Shown: positions 40,554-50,815 of the stretch, in pieces
Position numbering within the stretch: position 1 is the first letter of the stretch
How the letters are laid out: every line of letters begins with the position of its first letter
Virus record (IMG/VR): IMGVR_UViG_3300033145_003233
Coordinates: 310,001-374,000 of that record
Strand: one strand, 5' to 3'
DNA: 64,000 bases
Notes under the pieces: generated by a model
The model's database searches: none
What the model was told of the DNA's origin: nothing
What the model saw: only the letters and a program-made list of their open reading frames with translations
Position numbers and translations under genes: made by a program

Positions 40554-41560
40554 ATATCAAAAACCTTATAAGGTCCTTTCTTAGCATAATCATATTTATA
40601 AAACTCATATAAAAGAGTTCCTTTATACTTTTTTTTAACCTTCTCAAAAGTCTTTGGATATTGATGATCCCACCCCCATATCTTAATCCATTCTTTAGGA
40701 CCATGTCCAGAAGCACTATGATACTTGTTTTTCCCTTTCTTAACTGGCTTAACAGAGAGATATGGCAAATCAAATTTTCTTTTAGAGTCTGGCCTGTGCT
40801 CTACATAAAAATCTGGCAATACCAAATTATACACATTATGCAATAAAAATTGAAGAGAAATATCATCCCACGATTTAAAATAATAAAATGGACGATTTTT
40901 GTCAATGTGCTCCCTATAAGTCTTAACATTTATACCTTGACAAAAGAAATTAGCCTCTGAACATGCAAATGGTTTAGAAAATAATTCTTTAGAAATAGGA
41001 TGTAATATCCTACTTTTAACTTTATATCCACAATAATATAAATCTCCTGGCCCCACAGATTCTAAATGAGATCTCGTCAGAACACCCAGAGGCTTCTTGC
41101 CTTCTTCAAACTCTTTAAAAATCTCATCAAATTGATTATCATGTTTAAACATATTTTGAGCCAATGCATTAAAAGTCAGCAATCCAAACTTAGATAATTT
41201 GTCTTGTGATACTAATTCATTAAGTCTATAAAAGAAATCTTTTTGAATGGGCCAACAATCATGTTGAAACCAAACTAAATACTTAATGTCTTCTCCAAAA
41301 AAACGAATAGCAGTGTCGATATTATGATGCATACCAGGCTCTTCTCTATCCATGTAGGTCATATTTTTATATTTATCACATATCTTTCTACCTTTATTCT
41401 TTTCTTCCTCAGTAGAATCCTCATCTATATTTAAAATTTTGATATTATTAATATCACAATCAACAAGAGTTTTTCTAGCCCATACAGCGTCCATATAATC
41501 ATAATTATTCCTACTTGTCATTACTATAGCTATACTTGGCTTATCCCAATTATTATTCAT
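40550..41560 (-). CDS. GT2-like glycosyltransferase
   Basis: TSRNN, IDEDS, FQHD, WDD. Confidence 0.7.
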   Translation of the reverse strand: MNNNWDKPSIAIVMTSRNNYDYMDAVWARKTLVDCDINNIKILNIDEDSTEEEKNKGRKICDKYKNMTYMDREEPGMHHNIDTAIRFFGEDIKYLVWFQHDCWPIQKDFFYRLNELVSQDKLSKFGLLTFNALAQNMFKHDNQFDEIFKEFEEGKKPLGVLTRSHLESVGPGDLYYCGYKVKSRILHPISKELFSKPFACSEANFFCQGINVKTYREHIDKNRPFYYFKSWDDISLQFLLHNVYNLVLPDFYVEHRPDSKRKFDLPYLSVKPVKKGKNKYHSASGHGPKEWIKIWGWDHQYPKTFEKVKKKYKGTLLYEFYKYDYAKKGPYKVFDI

Positions 41561-42417
41561 TATCTATCCCATTTACCAAATACACTACCTTGAGATATCG
41601 TTAAAATATCTTTATCATCAAATGGCTCAAATTCTTTTTGCCTATTCTTCGGTATATATCCTCTTCTATTGTATACATAAAAAGGATCTCCACTTTGCTT
41701 AAGCTCTACTTTATTCTTGTATTTTTTTGTTCCTATTCTTTTTATAAATTTATCTTTATTCCAATAACACCACCACAATTCATGGAAATATTTTTTATCT
41801 ATACGCCCCGTGACACTGCTCAATTCTGTATGGTCCTTATTTTTATCAGGACATTCATAAAATTTGTCCCTACTAAGAACACATTTTCCCCCTATTTCCA
41901 GAATCCTCATCATAAGGTCCCAATGATGAACCAAAGATATAAAATTCCTATCCAATCCTCCCATTTTTTTATATAGTTCATTCGTCAAGAAAAAATCCAT
42001 TGGCAATTCCTGATTAGGCTGAGCGTTACCTGTCCACAATCTACATGTTCTTCTTTGTGTATCCCTTCCAAAATAATGCAAACCACCTACAATTATTTTA
42101 TCTGTAGAAAACTTCTCAACTTGTTTCTTATGAAAAGCTAACATACTATCATAATAACCATCTTCATGATAACAGTCATCTGATACCATAGCCACATATT
42201 TTCCACTACAGTTCCTTGCAGCTATCTCAAAACATTGAGATGGTTTTACTTCACTATAAATAAACTTGAAATTTAAAGGCAATTTATAAGATGGATACTT
42301 GTCTCCAACAAAAACCAATTCAATAGACACTTTGTTTTTCATAAAACTTTTATATATCTTTTTCCACATATCTGGTCTAACAGCAGAAGAAAAAAGACTT
42401 ATATCATATTCGCTCAT
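41560..42417 (-). CDS. GT2-like glycosyltransferase
   Basis: VSDD, GGLDRNF; paralog of the N-half of 14361-16187. Confidence 0.7.
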   Translation of the reverse strand: MSEYDISLFSSAVRPDMWKKIYKSFMKNKVSIELVFVGDKYPSYKLPLNFKFIYSEVKPSQCFEIAARNCSGKYVAMVSDDCYHEDGYYDSMLAFHKKQVEKFSTDKIIVGGLHYFGRDTQRRTCRLWTGNAQPNQELPMDFFLTNELYKKMGGLDRNFISLVHHWDLMMRILEIGGKCVLSRDKFYECPDKNKDHTELSSVTGRIDKKYFHELWWCYWNKDKFIKRIGTKKYKNKVELKQSGDPFYVYNRRGYIPKNRQKEFEPFDDKDILTISQGSVFGKWDR

Positions 42418-42437
42418 GCACTCGCTCCTTATAAAAA

Positions 42438-42977
42438 TTATTTAATAGCTTCCACATTAAGATGCATTAACTTACCATTCTCTTTATCCATATGTGGCAA
42501 ATAAGCCTGGCTAAAATCATCTATATGAGAATGTTCTGTTTCTCTCCAGTCATATCTATGAATGTTTTTAAAACCCATTTCTTCTAGGTCTCTTTTTAAG
42601 CTATCAAAATCCCAGCACATGTGATGAAAATTTTGATCGTAATCTTGGCCTCCATATAAGAGACCTATAAGAGAATCTATGACATTATTATGATTATAAT
42701 AATGATCTACAATAGCCTCAAAATCAGGAACACCCAATCTTAATATCCCTCCCGGCTTTAATAGCTCATACCACCTCCTAAGAACGTTCTTGTATTCCCA
42801 TCTTGAAAAATGCTCCAGTACCGAACAGCTATAAATAACATCAACCGTAGAGAGCTTAAACGACCTAAGATATTTTATGTTATCAACTTTATTAACACTA
42901 TCCATATATCTAATATCTATATTAATATATCCATCAATATGCTTCTCTCCGCAACCCAAATGTAATTTTAAAGACAT
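42438..42977 (-). CDS. Class I SAM methyltransferase (type 11)
   Basis: KLHLGCG, VLEH, LKPGG.LR..VPD. Confidence 0.88.
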   Translation of the reverse strand: MSLKLHLGCGEKHIDGYINIDIRYMDSVNKVDNIKYLRSFKLSTVDVIYSCSVLEHFSRWEYKNVLRRWYELLKPGGILRLGVPDFEAIVDHYYNHNNVIDSLIGLLYGGQDYDQNFHHMCWDFDSLKRDLEEMGFKNIHRYDWRETEHSHIDDFSQAYLPHMDKENGKLMHLNVEAIK

Positions 42978-44122
42978 GTGATCTCTCCATCTAAAATTTT
43001 ATTTATGTAATCTATATATATATCAGAAGAATTATATTCTACTCCACCAGCAATCGTGTCAGCGATAAAATCTAAATCTCTACCTTTATCTTCTTGCTTT
43101 TTAAAAGACACTCTCATCTTTTTAGCATTAGGGCGCATTAGCCCTGAAAAATTACCAAAATTACCATTCATACCAAACTTACTTAAAACAACTGTTGGGA
43201 CACCTAGCTGAATTGGCTTAAACGTTAAAGTAGATGGAGCACTTATAACACAACATGAATCTGCCATAAGTTTATTATCATCTTCACAAACACTCATAAA
43301 TTTAACTATACTTTTATATTTCTTTAAAGATTTTCTCAATGATAAATCTTCATAATACAATCTATATTTCTCTTTTATAAGAATCGGACAATTATATTCT
43401 TCACTCAACTTAGCTAATTTTAATTCTTTAAATGTTTCTATAGTAAATGGTTTTTGCCAAGATGTTTGCCCCCCCTGTGGTGGCCGTTTAGTAAAATTAA
43501 CAATTAACAAAATATGATCTTTATTTCTTGGATAATCTTTTAATTTATCACTCGCTGGAAGACCAGCAGGCAACAATCTATCAGCGTTACCGACATATTT
43601 TCGATCAATCTTACATAATTTTCTTTTCTCCTTTTCCCCGAAAACAAAAGAAAAATCATATAATCTTCCCACCCTTTTAAGAGCCTTATACCTCAAATAA
43701 TCTTTATTACCATGAGGGCAAGCAAGATAAGGTATATTTTGTTCAGCGAAATGACGATAGATTGGTCCCAATCCCATTCTTTTCCAATGAGTATTATTAT
43801 CGATCATAACCAAATCATAATAATTACGCTTAAACACATTATCTAAATTCTCACGAAACTTAATATAAGTCTTTACATTAACCTCTTTATCGCTAACAAC
43901 CTTAGGAGCATGCATAGTTTTTATACCCAGACTATCACACCACTTATAAAACTTCTGTCTTGGATCAAGCTCCCATTTGCCCTTCCATGCAGTATACTTA
44001 GACATCTGAAATAAATTTAAGACATCTATATTATGTATTTTGCTTAATTTAGGAAAAATAGGATAAACTATATTTCCTGTTCCATAAGCTGTCGTCATAA
44101 ATAGAATATTTTTTCTTTCCAT
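42968..44122 (-). CDS. GT-B fold protein (TagB/TagF- or sialyltransferase-like)
   Basis: PHG, FVFG, GLP.SD, VISAPST....IQLGVP. Confidence 0.5.
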   Translation of the reverse strand: MERKNILFMTTAYGTGNIVYPIFPKLSKIHNIDVLNLFQMSKYTAWKGKWELDPRQKFYKWCDSLGIKTMHAPKVVSDKEVNVKTYIKFRENLDNVFKRNYYDLVMIDNNTHWKRMGLGPIYRHFAEQNIPYLACPHGNKDYLRYKALKRVGRLYDFSFVFGEKEKRKLCKIDRKYVGNADRLLPAGLPASDKLKDYPRNKDHILLIVNFTKRPPQGGQTSWQKPFTIETFKELKLAKLSEEYNCPILIKEKYRLYYEDLSLRKSLKKYKSIVKFMSVCEDDNKLMADSCCVISAPSTLTFKPIQLGVPTVVLSKFGMNGNFGNFSGLMRPNAKKMRVSFKKQEDKGRDLDFIADTIAGGVEYNSSDIYIDYINKILDGEITCL

Positions 44123-44137
44123 GTCCTTACCTATATA

Positions 44138-44959
44138 TTATCTACGTGGTATTTTTTTTAAAATACATTCTTCACAAATATCTACAGCAGCTTTTTTACT
44201 TTTTTCAATATCCCCATCTGTTCTAAGATATTCTTCATAATCTAAATAGTTATCAATAAGCTCTCTATTTTTCTGCACCGAGTGCCAATTTATATGAACT
44301 TTCCTACCAAAACTTTCTAAAGAATAAGATTCACAACCCTTAATTAAATCATTTCTTATAAAAAATAAATCTGTGCCCTTAACAACATGAACAAGAGTAT
44401 ATCCGAATTGATTTCCCACCATCTTCAGAGCCTTTAAAGATGCTCCATACATCCTTCTTTTCTGAGGCCCTTTTAATTCAGAAACTACTAACTTAGTATC
44501 ATTTGATATGGTTATTGCCCTATCTATCGGAAAATGAGCATTATACTCAACAGATGCAACCATTGGGCTATATTTCGACAAAACACCCCTAAATAGCCAC
44601 AAGTCTATAGAATCAACATCAATACTAAGATACTCAAATTCTTTTGGAACTTCATAGGATTTAAAAATATCACATATATTTTCTTCTGTTAAAAAATGTT
44701 TGTATAAATTAATTTCAGGATTTTCATAATCTCCGTCTAACAACAAACATTCCCAACCCTTATTCTTAACCAAATTTGCGACATTTGACCCAGAGCCACC
44801 CTTTAAAGAAGATGAGTTAAATCCAAATTCAATACAAAAGGGCGGACTATTCTTTGTTGATATATTATTAAAAATATAATCAAGAACTCCATCCTGTCCT
44901 AACTGAGAATATTTTTTTTTCTCATGTCTTCCTATTTTCAACATCCATTTCTTATTCAT
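44138..44959 (-). CDS. FkbM-related methyltransferase
   Basis: YSQLGQDG, EFG, LSIDVDS.D, VEYN, YGASL.A. Confidence 0.75.
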   Translation of the reverse strand: MNKKWMLKIGRHEKKKYSQLGQDGVLDYIFNNISTKNSPPFCIEFGFNSSSLKGGSGSNVANLVKNKGWECLLLDGDYENPEINLYKHFLTEENICDIFKSYEVPKEFEYLSIDVDSIDLWLFRGVLSKYSPMVASVEYNAHFPIDRAITISNDTKLVVSELKGPQKRRMYGASLKALKMVGNQFGYTLVHVVKGTDLFFIRNDLIKGCESYSLESFGRKVHINWHSVQKNRELIDNYLDYEEYLRTDGDIEKSKKAAVDICEECILKKIPRR

Positions 44960-45002
44960 TTGCCACCTTAACTCTAATAAAATATTTTTCTCATGTAATT
45001 AT

Positions 45003-45680
45003 CTATATCCTTATAATATGCAAATTTTCTTTCGACTTAATAGTGTTACAACAAGTGTACAAATGAAAATTTATATCTTTTTCAGTTTTGCATAAAAGTT
45101 TAAAAAATTCTATCATCTCGGCAGTTCTACCTCTATTTTTTGAAGCACTGACTTGAAATCTTTCTCTAGCAAAATAGGAAGAACAATAAAAATCAAGTCC
45201 AATGATATGTATGTTTTTAGGCTCAAAGGATGCTGCTAAATCAACCCCAAATAAACCAGTGGTTGGATACGCCCCTGGACTTTCAGAGACCTTCCTCTTA
45301 GATCTAAAACGATTATTCCTGCTCTTAAAAGCCGAAGGAAGGGGATGAACCTTTAACCATCTATTCTTCTTCCTATTCCTTTTAAATTTATGAGCTTTTC
45401 TCTGACTTAAAGTAGGGTCCATAGCAACCTGCATATCTATTATATTATATTTCTCGCATACTAATGGATTTGTCTTAAAGATAATTCCCCCTGTTACCTG
45501 AATCAGCTTACTTTTTTTAAGATGCTTACCTATTATTTTCAAAGACTCCTCATGTTGCCCCACCAAAAAAGAATAAGTAAAATGTTTTTTGTATTCACCT
45601 ATTTTGCCCAAAGAAGCTCCTCGGCAAATCACACCTATCTTATCAAGACCGCTAGCATTACCGCACTGATATATTGGCAT
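45003..45680 (-). CDS. GT29/GT42-like (sialyltransferase-like) transferase
   Basis: VICRGASL, YPTTGL, IHIIGLDFY. Likely start ATG 45680 (ORF track 45779). Confidence 0.6.
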   Translation of the reverse strand: MPIYQCGNASGLDKIGVICRGASLGKIGEYKKHFTYSFLVGQHEESLKIIGKHLKKSKLIQVTGGIIFKTNPLVCEKYNIIDMQVAMDPTLSQRKAHKFKRNRKKNRWLKVHPLPSAFKSRNNRFRSKRKVSESPGAYPTTGLFGVDLAASFEPKNIHIIGLDFYCSSYFARERFQVSASKNRGRTAEMIEFFKLLCKTEKDINFHLYTCCNTIKSKENLHIIRI

Positions 45681-45696
45681 CTTTATACTAATTATA

Positions 45697-46395
45697 CTAA
45701 ATCCTCCACGTAGTAGATTTCCTAGATATTCCGCCAATCCCTGCCGTTGCCTTCCATTCTCTTCCAATATCCTGAACAATACTAGGGGCGTGAGCTTTAC
45801 GTTTCATAAATGAATTTGTAAATAAATATGCATTTGTTCGAGATAATTTAAGTTCCTTATTAATTTTTATTCTTGCCCTGCTTTTAGGCATCTTCATACT
45901 CTGTTCTGGATTTTTATTTGAAGAAATAAAATGAGATATTTTTAAAAACTTACTTTTGAATAAGGACGGAGCTAATAATATCCTATCATTCTTGCCCTCT
46001 CTACCCCCTCCGATATTACGCAATCTGACGCATACAATAGTAGGATCGGTAGCATACACATCAATTAATTCATCTACATTAACCTGAGTTAAAAGTTTCC
46101 AATCCTCCTCCAAATGAAAAACATATGGAGTTTTAAAATTATTGCCCCAACACCATTTAAGAGCCTGAGCGAAATTGGGCTTTTTATTAACATGATGTAC
46201 AACCTTACCAAAAAAACTTTTAGAAATCTCAATACTTTTCTCGATACTACCCATCTTCTTGTAACAATCCAGATTTAAGAATAAAGTTGATTTAGAGAAA
46301 TCCACCCCTTTAAATTTTTCAGCAAAACTGCTATAGGTAATAGCTAATAAATCAGACATACAACAAGATGTGGTTGTAAAAGTAATTGGCAGCAA
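45697..46395 (-). CDS. GT2-like glycosyltransferase
   Basis: YVFHLEEDW, PSL, DIGREW. Confidence 0.7.
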   Translation of the reverse strand: MLPITFTTTSCCMSDLLAITYSSFAEKFKGVDFSKSTLFLNLDCYKKMGSIEKSIEISKSFFGKVVHHVNKKPNFAQALKWCWGNNFKTPYVFHLEEDWKLLTQVNVDELIDVYATDPTIVCVRLRNIGGGREGKNDRILLAPSLFKSKFLKISHFISSNKNPEQSMKMPKSRARIKINKELKLSRTNAYLFTNSFMKRKAHAPSIVQDIGREWKATAGIGGISRKSTTWRI

Positions 46396-46399
46396 TCTC

Positions 46400-47353
46400 T
46401 TATCCTATCTTGTTATTTTTTAATGTAATTAATATAACATTTTTTTCTCTATAAATGACATCATAATCTTTAATATCATATTTCTCTATATCCTCCATAT
46501 CTCTACACAAGATAATATCATAAGAATATTCATGCGGCATATCCCTACTAAAATATATGTTATCTTTATTATAATATTTCTTTATCTCATCTGATATTTT
46601 TAATTTATAAGATGAAGGAGTGATACCATAAATAGACTTACAATGATCAGATAAATTTACATCTAAATATCCATTATCATCTATAAGATTTAATATATTT
46701 CTATTTCTTATGATTGCTAAAAATTCCTTATCTACTAAAAGATCATTACTATCAAACTCTCCTCTCAATCCAAGATCTGCAATATTATATCTAAATTCTC
46801 CTTTAATTTTTCCACTGATCACTCCTTTTATAAATAAATTATTAATTTTTCTCCTGAATAATAATTTATCTATAATTTCAGCAGGCATGCCAACAAAATG
46901 TCTTGAAGATACGCTCCTATCCCTGTGGGGATGATTCCATATACTATCATCTTCAGTGGGAATAACATGAGCACTCATATGAGAATGACCTAGTACATAT
47001 GCGGCAGGAAGTCTTGTCTGCCCACCCGCTGGATAATAAAAACCTGTTTTTTTCTGATAAGAAAAACGAACATTTTTCAATATCTGACCCTCGTGAAAGC
47101 CTGTCTTCCATGCAAATTTTGTAGTCTTTACTGGGGTATCTTTAATTGCCTTAAACCACTTCATTAAATATTTATGGGTATAAGTTTTTTTCCTATTTCC
47201 TTTTCTACCGTGATCTACCCTTCGCCACAAATCAGCAGCGTCAACATCATTAGTCATTAATATATATATTTTAAATGCCGCAGCATCTTTATAGTCATAA
47301 CAAATTCTATTTAAAGGAACATTGGCGACTGGATAGCTTTCTGGACGAGGCAT
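46400..47353 (-). CDS. Hypothetical protein with ParB/Srx-like segment and degenerate methyltransferase-like C-terminus
   Basis: YYPAGGQTRL..AYVLG; C-terminal RNILNL...GY...L...CKSIYGI...YDIIL. Confidence 0.45.
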   Translation of the reverse strand: MPRPESYPVANVPLNRICYDYKDAAAFKIYILMTNDVDAADLWRRVDHGRKGNRKKTYTHKYLMKWFKAIKDTPVKTTKFAWKTGFHEGQILKNVRFSYQKKTGFYYPAGGQTRLPAAYVLGHSHMSAHVIPTEDDSIWNHPHRDRSVSSRHFVGMPAEIIDKLLFRRKINNLFIKGVISGKIKGEFRYNIADLGLRGEFDSNDLLVDKEFLAIIRNRNILNLIDDNGYLDVNLSDHCKSIYGITPSSYKLKISDEIKKYYNKDNIYFSRDMPHEYSYDIILCRDMEDIEKYDIKDYDVIYREKNVILITLKNNKIG

Positions 47354-47368
47354 GGTATTCTTTTCTCC

Positions 47369-48007
47369 TTATAAAATTTCCATATTAAAAATTACGGACT
47401 GTTTATGAACATTACAATACTTCACTTCAGTTTCTTTAAGTTTTCTTAAAAACTTATCTTGCTGCGATTGATATTTTCTATTTATTAAAACACCAGAATA
47501 TATCCCTAAAGATTTATACATCATAATGATATAATCATCTTTGTTTATGGCTTGTATATCATATTCATAATGATGGTCTTCCGCATCATGAAATACTACG
47601 AAATCAAAATATTTATATAAATTCACAAGAGCTATATTCCTCAATCCCCTGAAATTATCTATAAATAGAAAATCTATTTTATTATTATTTATAATATCAA
47701 TATAGTAATTTACATATTCTGTTTTGATCAATTCTGAAATATTTTTACACCTTGTCCCCTTTGTTATCCCCTCAATTTTATGAAGGATAAGTTCATTGCC
47801 ACCAATAAAATCTATAGAGCCGCTCAATTTCTCAAACCACTCTTCATCATTCTCTACGCTGATACATTTCATATCCTTATCATGAAAATATTTGGTACTA
47901 AATCTACCCGCTCCAAGTTCTAAAACCGATTCAGGAGAGAATACCTCACAAATAGCCCTAACAACAGGACGATGAGAACCAAATTTAAATCTTTTTAATT
48001 TAGGCAT
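47369..48007 (-). CDS. Class I SAM methyltransferase-like protein
   Basis: VLELGAGRFST, SVENDEEW, LFID, VFHDAE. Confidence 0.75.
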   Translation of the reverse strand: MPKLKRFKFGSHRPVVRAICEVFSPESVLELGAGRFSTKYFHDKDMKCISVENDEEWFEKLSGSIDFIGGNELILHKIEGITKGTRCKNISELIKTEYVNYYIDIINNNKIDFLFIDNFRGLRNIALVNLYKYFDFVVFHDAEDHHYEYDIQAINKDDYIIMMYKSLGIYSGVLINRKYQSQQDKFLRKLKETEVKYCNVHKQSVIFNMEIL

Positions 48008-49457
48008 AAAAATTAATATTTATCTTTCTATCTGATATGTCTAATTTGTTTATATTAAAATCGGCATAAATTGAATCATCTGTGTAATGTGTGGTAGAGA
48101 CTTCTTCAATAACGCAACCCTCATTACTTTTAAAAGAATGATTAACACCTCTTGGTATCAAAATAGGCAATCCTCGTCTCATGCTAATCATAGTTCCATC
48201 TTTCTGAAGATCACAATCTCCAAACAACAATTCAAAAGATTCTTCCTTCCTTAAATGTCTATGAGAAGGATGGGACTGACCACCCAAAACAACAATAATT
48301 TTCTTACAATATTCTCTATTAATTTTAGAAACTATCAGAACCCCTACATCAAAAAAATTCTCAATTCCATAATGACAAGATAATTCCACCTGATCTTTTT
48401 CAGATAAAGCCACATTTGCACTATCAAGCAATTCTCTAGTTTCCCTCTTAATCCTATCAATGATAGTATTATGAGAATAAGATTTAAAAAAAGATTCCAC
48501 CAATTTAGAATCTGACTTTATATTAACTAATGTTATTTTACCCAAACACTCATACACCATAGAAGCATCCATCTGATCTTCTTGAATAGGCATAGATAAA
48601 TAAATATCATTTTCTCTTAGAATTTCGCCCTTCTTTATATCTCTTTTAGCATATAAGCCTCTTTTTAATTTCTTCAGGGTCTTTACTTCTTCATCGGATT
48701 TACCCCTATAAGCTGCTTCAAAGATAGATATTTCAGCTAATAAAGATCTAATATCATCAGGACAACAAGAATAGGCATTTAAATCAGCCGCAAACCCCAC
48801 ATGTTTTTCAATTATAGAACATCCCATAGCCATAGCATATAAAACCATAGATTTATCTCTGGGACTTTCATGAGTAGAGAATCCTATCTCTATATCAGGG
48901 AATTCCTGTTTCAGAATATTAATCTTACTCAAATTAGCGTGACTAGTCATGGTAGGATATTCTCCCACACAATGTAAAAAAGCAAAATCTCTATTCTTGC
49001 TTTTAAATATATTATATACTTTTTTCAGAGTTTTAAGACTCGCCCCACCAGTAGATATAATAATCTTTTTATTAATTTCGCAAATATCTTTTAATAACAA
49101 CCAATCATCTATAGAACAACTAGCGACCTTAACAACTTCGATATCTAAATCACTTAGCCATTTAATAGATTTATTATCAAATGGGGTAGCTACAGTTTTA
49201 AGCCCCTTGAGCCTCACATAATCTGATAGTTCAGCAAATTCTTTTTTAGACAATTTAGTTTCTTTAAATCTTTTCACATATTTTAAATCAGAATTTATAA
49301 AATCCTTATGTATAAATGAAGATAATTGTCTGAACTGAAACTTAATACCAGCATTAATACCATAATCTTGAGCTATTTGCGAAAATTGGTCTATAATCAT
49401 TTTAGCATGATTAATGTCCCCCATATGATTATTGGCCATTTCAAATATATAAAACAT
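48000..49457 (-). CDS. NeuB/SpsE-family synthase with SAF domain and C-terminal cupin (D-lyxose-isomerase-like) domain
   Basis: FEMANNHMGD, KFQ, TPFD, LHCVGEYP, EKH; YCKK...QSHPSHRH..KEESF...HSF...EEVST. Confidence 0.88.
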   Translation of the reverse strand: MFYIFEMANNHMGDINHAKMIIDQFSQIAQDYGINAGIKFQFRQLSSFIHKDFINSDLKYVKRFKETKLSKKEFAELSDYVRLKGLKTVATPFDNKSIKWLSDLDIEVVKVASCSIDDWLLLKDICEINKKIIISTGGASLKTLKKVYNIFKSKNRDFAFLHCVGEYPTMTSHANLSKINILKQEFPDIEIGFSTHESPRDKSMVLYAMAMGCSIIEKHVGFAADLNAYSCCPDDIRSLLAEISIFEAAYRGKSDEEVKTLKKLKRGLYAKRDIKKGEILRENDIYLSMPIQEDQMDASMVYECLGKITLVNIKSDSKLVESFFKSYSHNTIIDRIKRETRELLDSANVALSEKDQVELSCHYGIENFFDVGVLIVSKINREYCKKIIVVLGGQSHPSHRHLRKEESFELLFGDCDLQKDGTMISMRRGLPILIPRGVNHSFKSNEGCVIEEVSTTHYTDDSIYADFNINKLDISDRKININFYA

Positions 49458-49472
49458 AATTTCACCTAATAC

Positions 49473-50132
49473 TTATTGTTTTAATTCCGCAACAGATGGA
49501 AGCTCTCCATAACTATCAAAAGAATAATTAAGATTATCTAAATCCCATTTATAAAATTCTTTTATAATATTTTTTTCATCATCTCCGTACTGATCTTTAT
49601 AACCCCTAGTATCAACAGGAAGATTGCATCGAGGAATATGCACATCTATTCCTCTCTCCTTCAATATGTTTCCTAACTCTTTCTCAAACATTTCAAACCT
49701 ATATAATCTATACCTTTTATCCATCTTATCTATAGATGTTTTCATAGATTGAAAATGAGGATTCTCTACAAATAAAAACCTAAATAATTCTCCTTTTAAA
49801 AATTCACCGAACTTCATAGTTCTTACAATAGGGTATTTGTTCCAATTCAGAAAATATCTATATGAACTAAAAACTCTATCATAAGGATTTCTCATAAAAG
49901 CGATAAAAATATATTCACTTGTGTCCTTAGGCTTACGACGCATCTCTGGTTTGTATTCTGTAATAATACGCCTATATTCAGAATGCCCATGTGACGGATC
50001 TGAAGTTATCGGTATTCCTCCCAGCAAATGAGGATAATCAAGAGCAAAAGCCAACCTATAGATAGAAGATGTCCCTGTCTTATGAATATGACAAAAAGCT
50101 AACCTACATTTCCTAATATATATTTTTTTCAC
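49473..50132 (-). CDS. Sulfotransferase family 2 protein
   Basis: FCHIHKTGTSSI, RNPYDRVFSSY, YKWD...LNYSF. Confidence 0.85.
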   Translation of the reverse strand: MKKIYIRKCRLAFCHIHKTGTSSIYRLAFALDYPHLLGGIPITSDPSHGHSEYRRIITEYKPEMRRKPKDTSEYIFIAFMRNPYDRVFSSYRYFLNWNKYPIVRTMKFGEFLKGELFRFLFVENPHFQSMKTSIDKMDKRYRLYRFEMFEKELGNILKERGIDVHIPRCNLPVDTRGYKDQYGDDEKNIIKEFYKWDLDNLNYSFDSYGELPSVAELKQ

Positions 50133-50811
50133 GTTTGTAATAAGATTCTAATAATTTAAATTGCCATTCATAATCTATATCTAAAGATTCTTCTTCTTTA
50201 ACCTCAAACATAACTGGATCATTCGGCTTCTTAAAAGTTCCCAACCATATATTATTTTCTATTGACTTAATGCTACTAGCCCCAATACAATGAGCAGCCT
50301 CGTATAGAGGTTCTACCAACTTAGTATTAGTGAACTCTGTCTCTGATGACCAGCTATTAAGCATAATCCCCTCTTTGTCCATAAAGAAATTTTTCTTTTT
50401 AATGACAGAAAATAATCCGTCTTGTTCATTTTCTAAATAAGTTTTTACAAACTCTTCAACAGTATTAACAGTTAAAAAAGGGCAACATGCGTTTATCATA
50501 ACTGCATATTTATAACGATCTTTAGCAAATTCGTACCACTCAAATAAACTTTTCAAATTATATTCTTCATTTATGGATTTATGGCTCCTCTTAAAAATAT
50601 TTAGAATATATTTTTCCCCCAGCTCAATTAACTTTTTATCTCCCACGCAAAGATAAAAATTGTCCTTTGGAATCAATTCTGAAGATAGAATTTTATTGAT
50701 AGCTATATCCATTAAAGTAGTCTCAGCAAAAGGTCTAAGCATCTTATTAGGAACTCTTTCTGAATTCAACCTAGCTTGGATAAAGAAAAAAACATCATTA
50801 ATATCTTTCAT
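50113..50811 (-). CDS. CMP-ulosonate synthetase (NeuA-like cytidylyltransferase)
   Basis: QARLNSERVPNKM, CPFL, SLDIDYEWQF. GGGAGG RBS precedes the ATG at 50811 (ORF track 50862). Confidence 0.85.
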   Translation of the reverse strand: MKDINDVFFFIQARLNSERVPNKMLRPFAETTLMDIAINKILSSELIPKDNFYLCVGDKKLIELGEKYILNIFKRSHKSINEEYNLKSLFEWYEFAKDRYKYAVMINACCPFLTVNTVEEFVKTYLENEQDGLFSVIKKKNFFMDKEGIMLNSWSSETEFTNTKLVEPLYEAAHCIGASSIKSIENNIWLGTFKKPNDPVMFEVKEEESLDIDYEWQFKLLESYYKREKNIY

Positions 50812-50815
50812 AATA

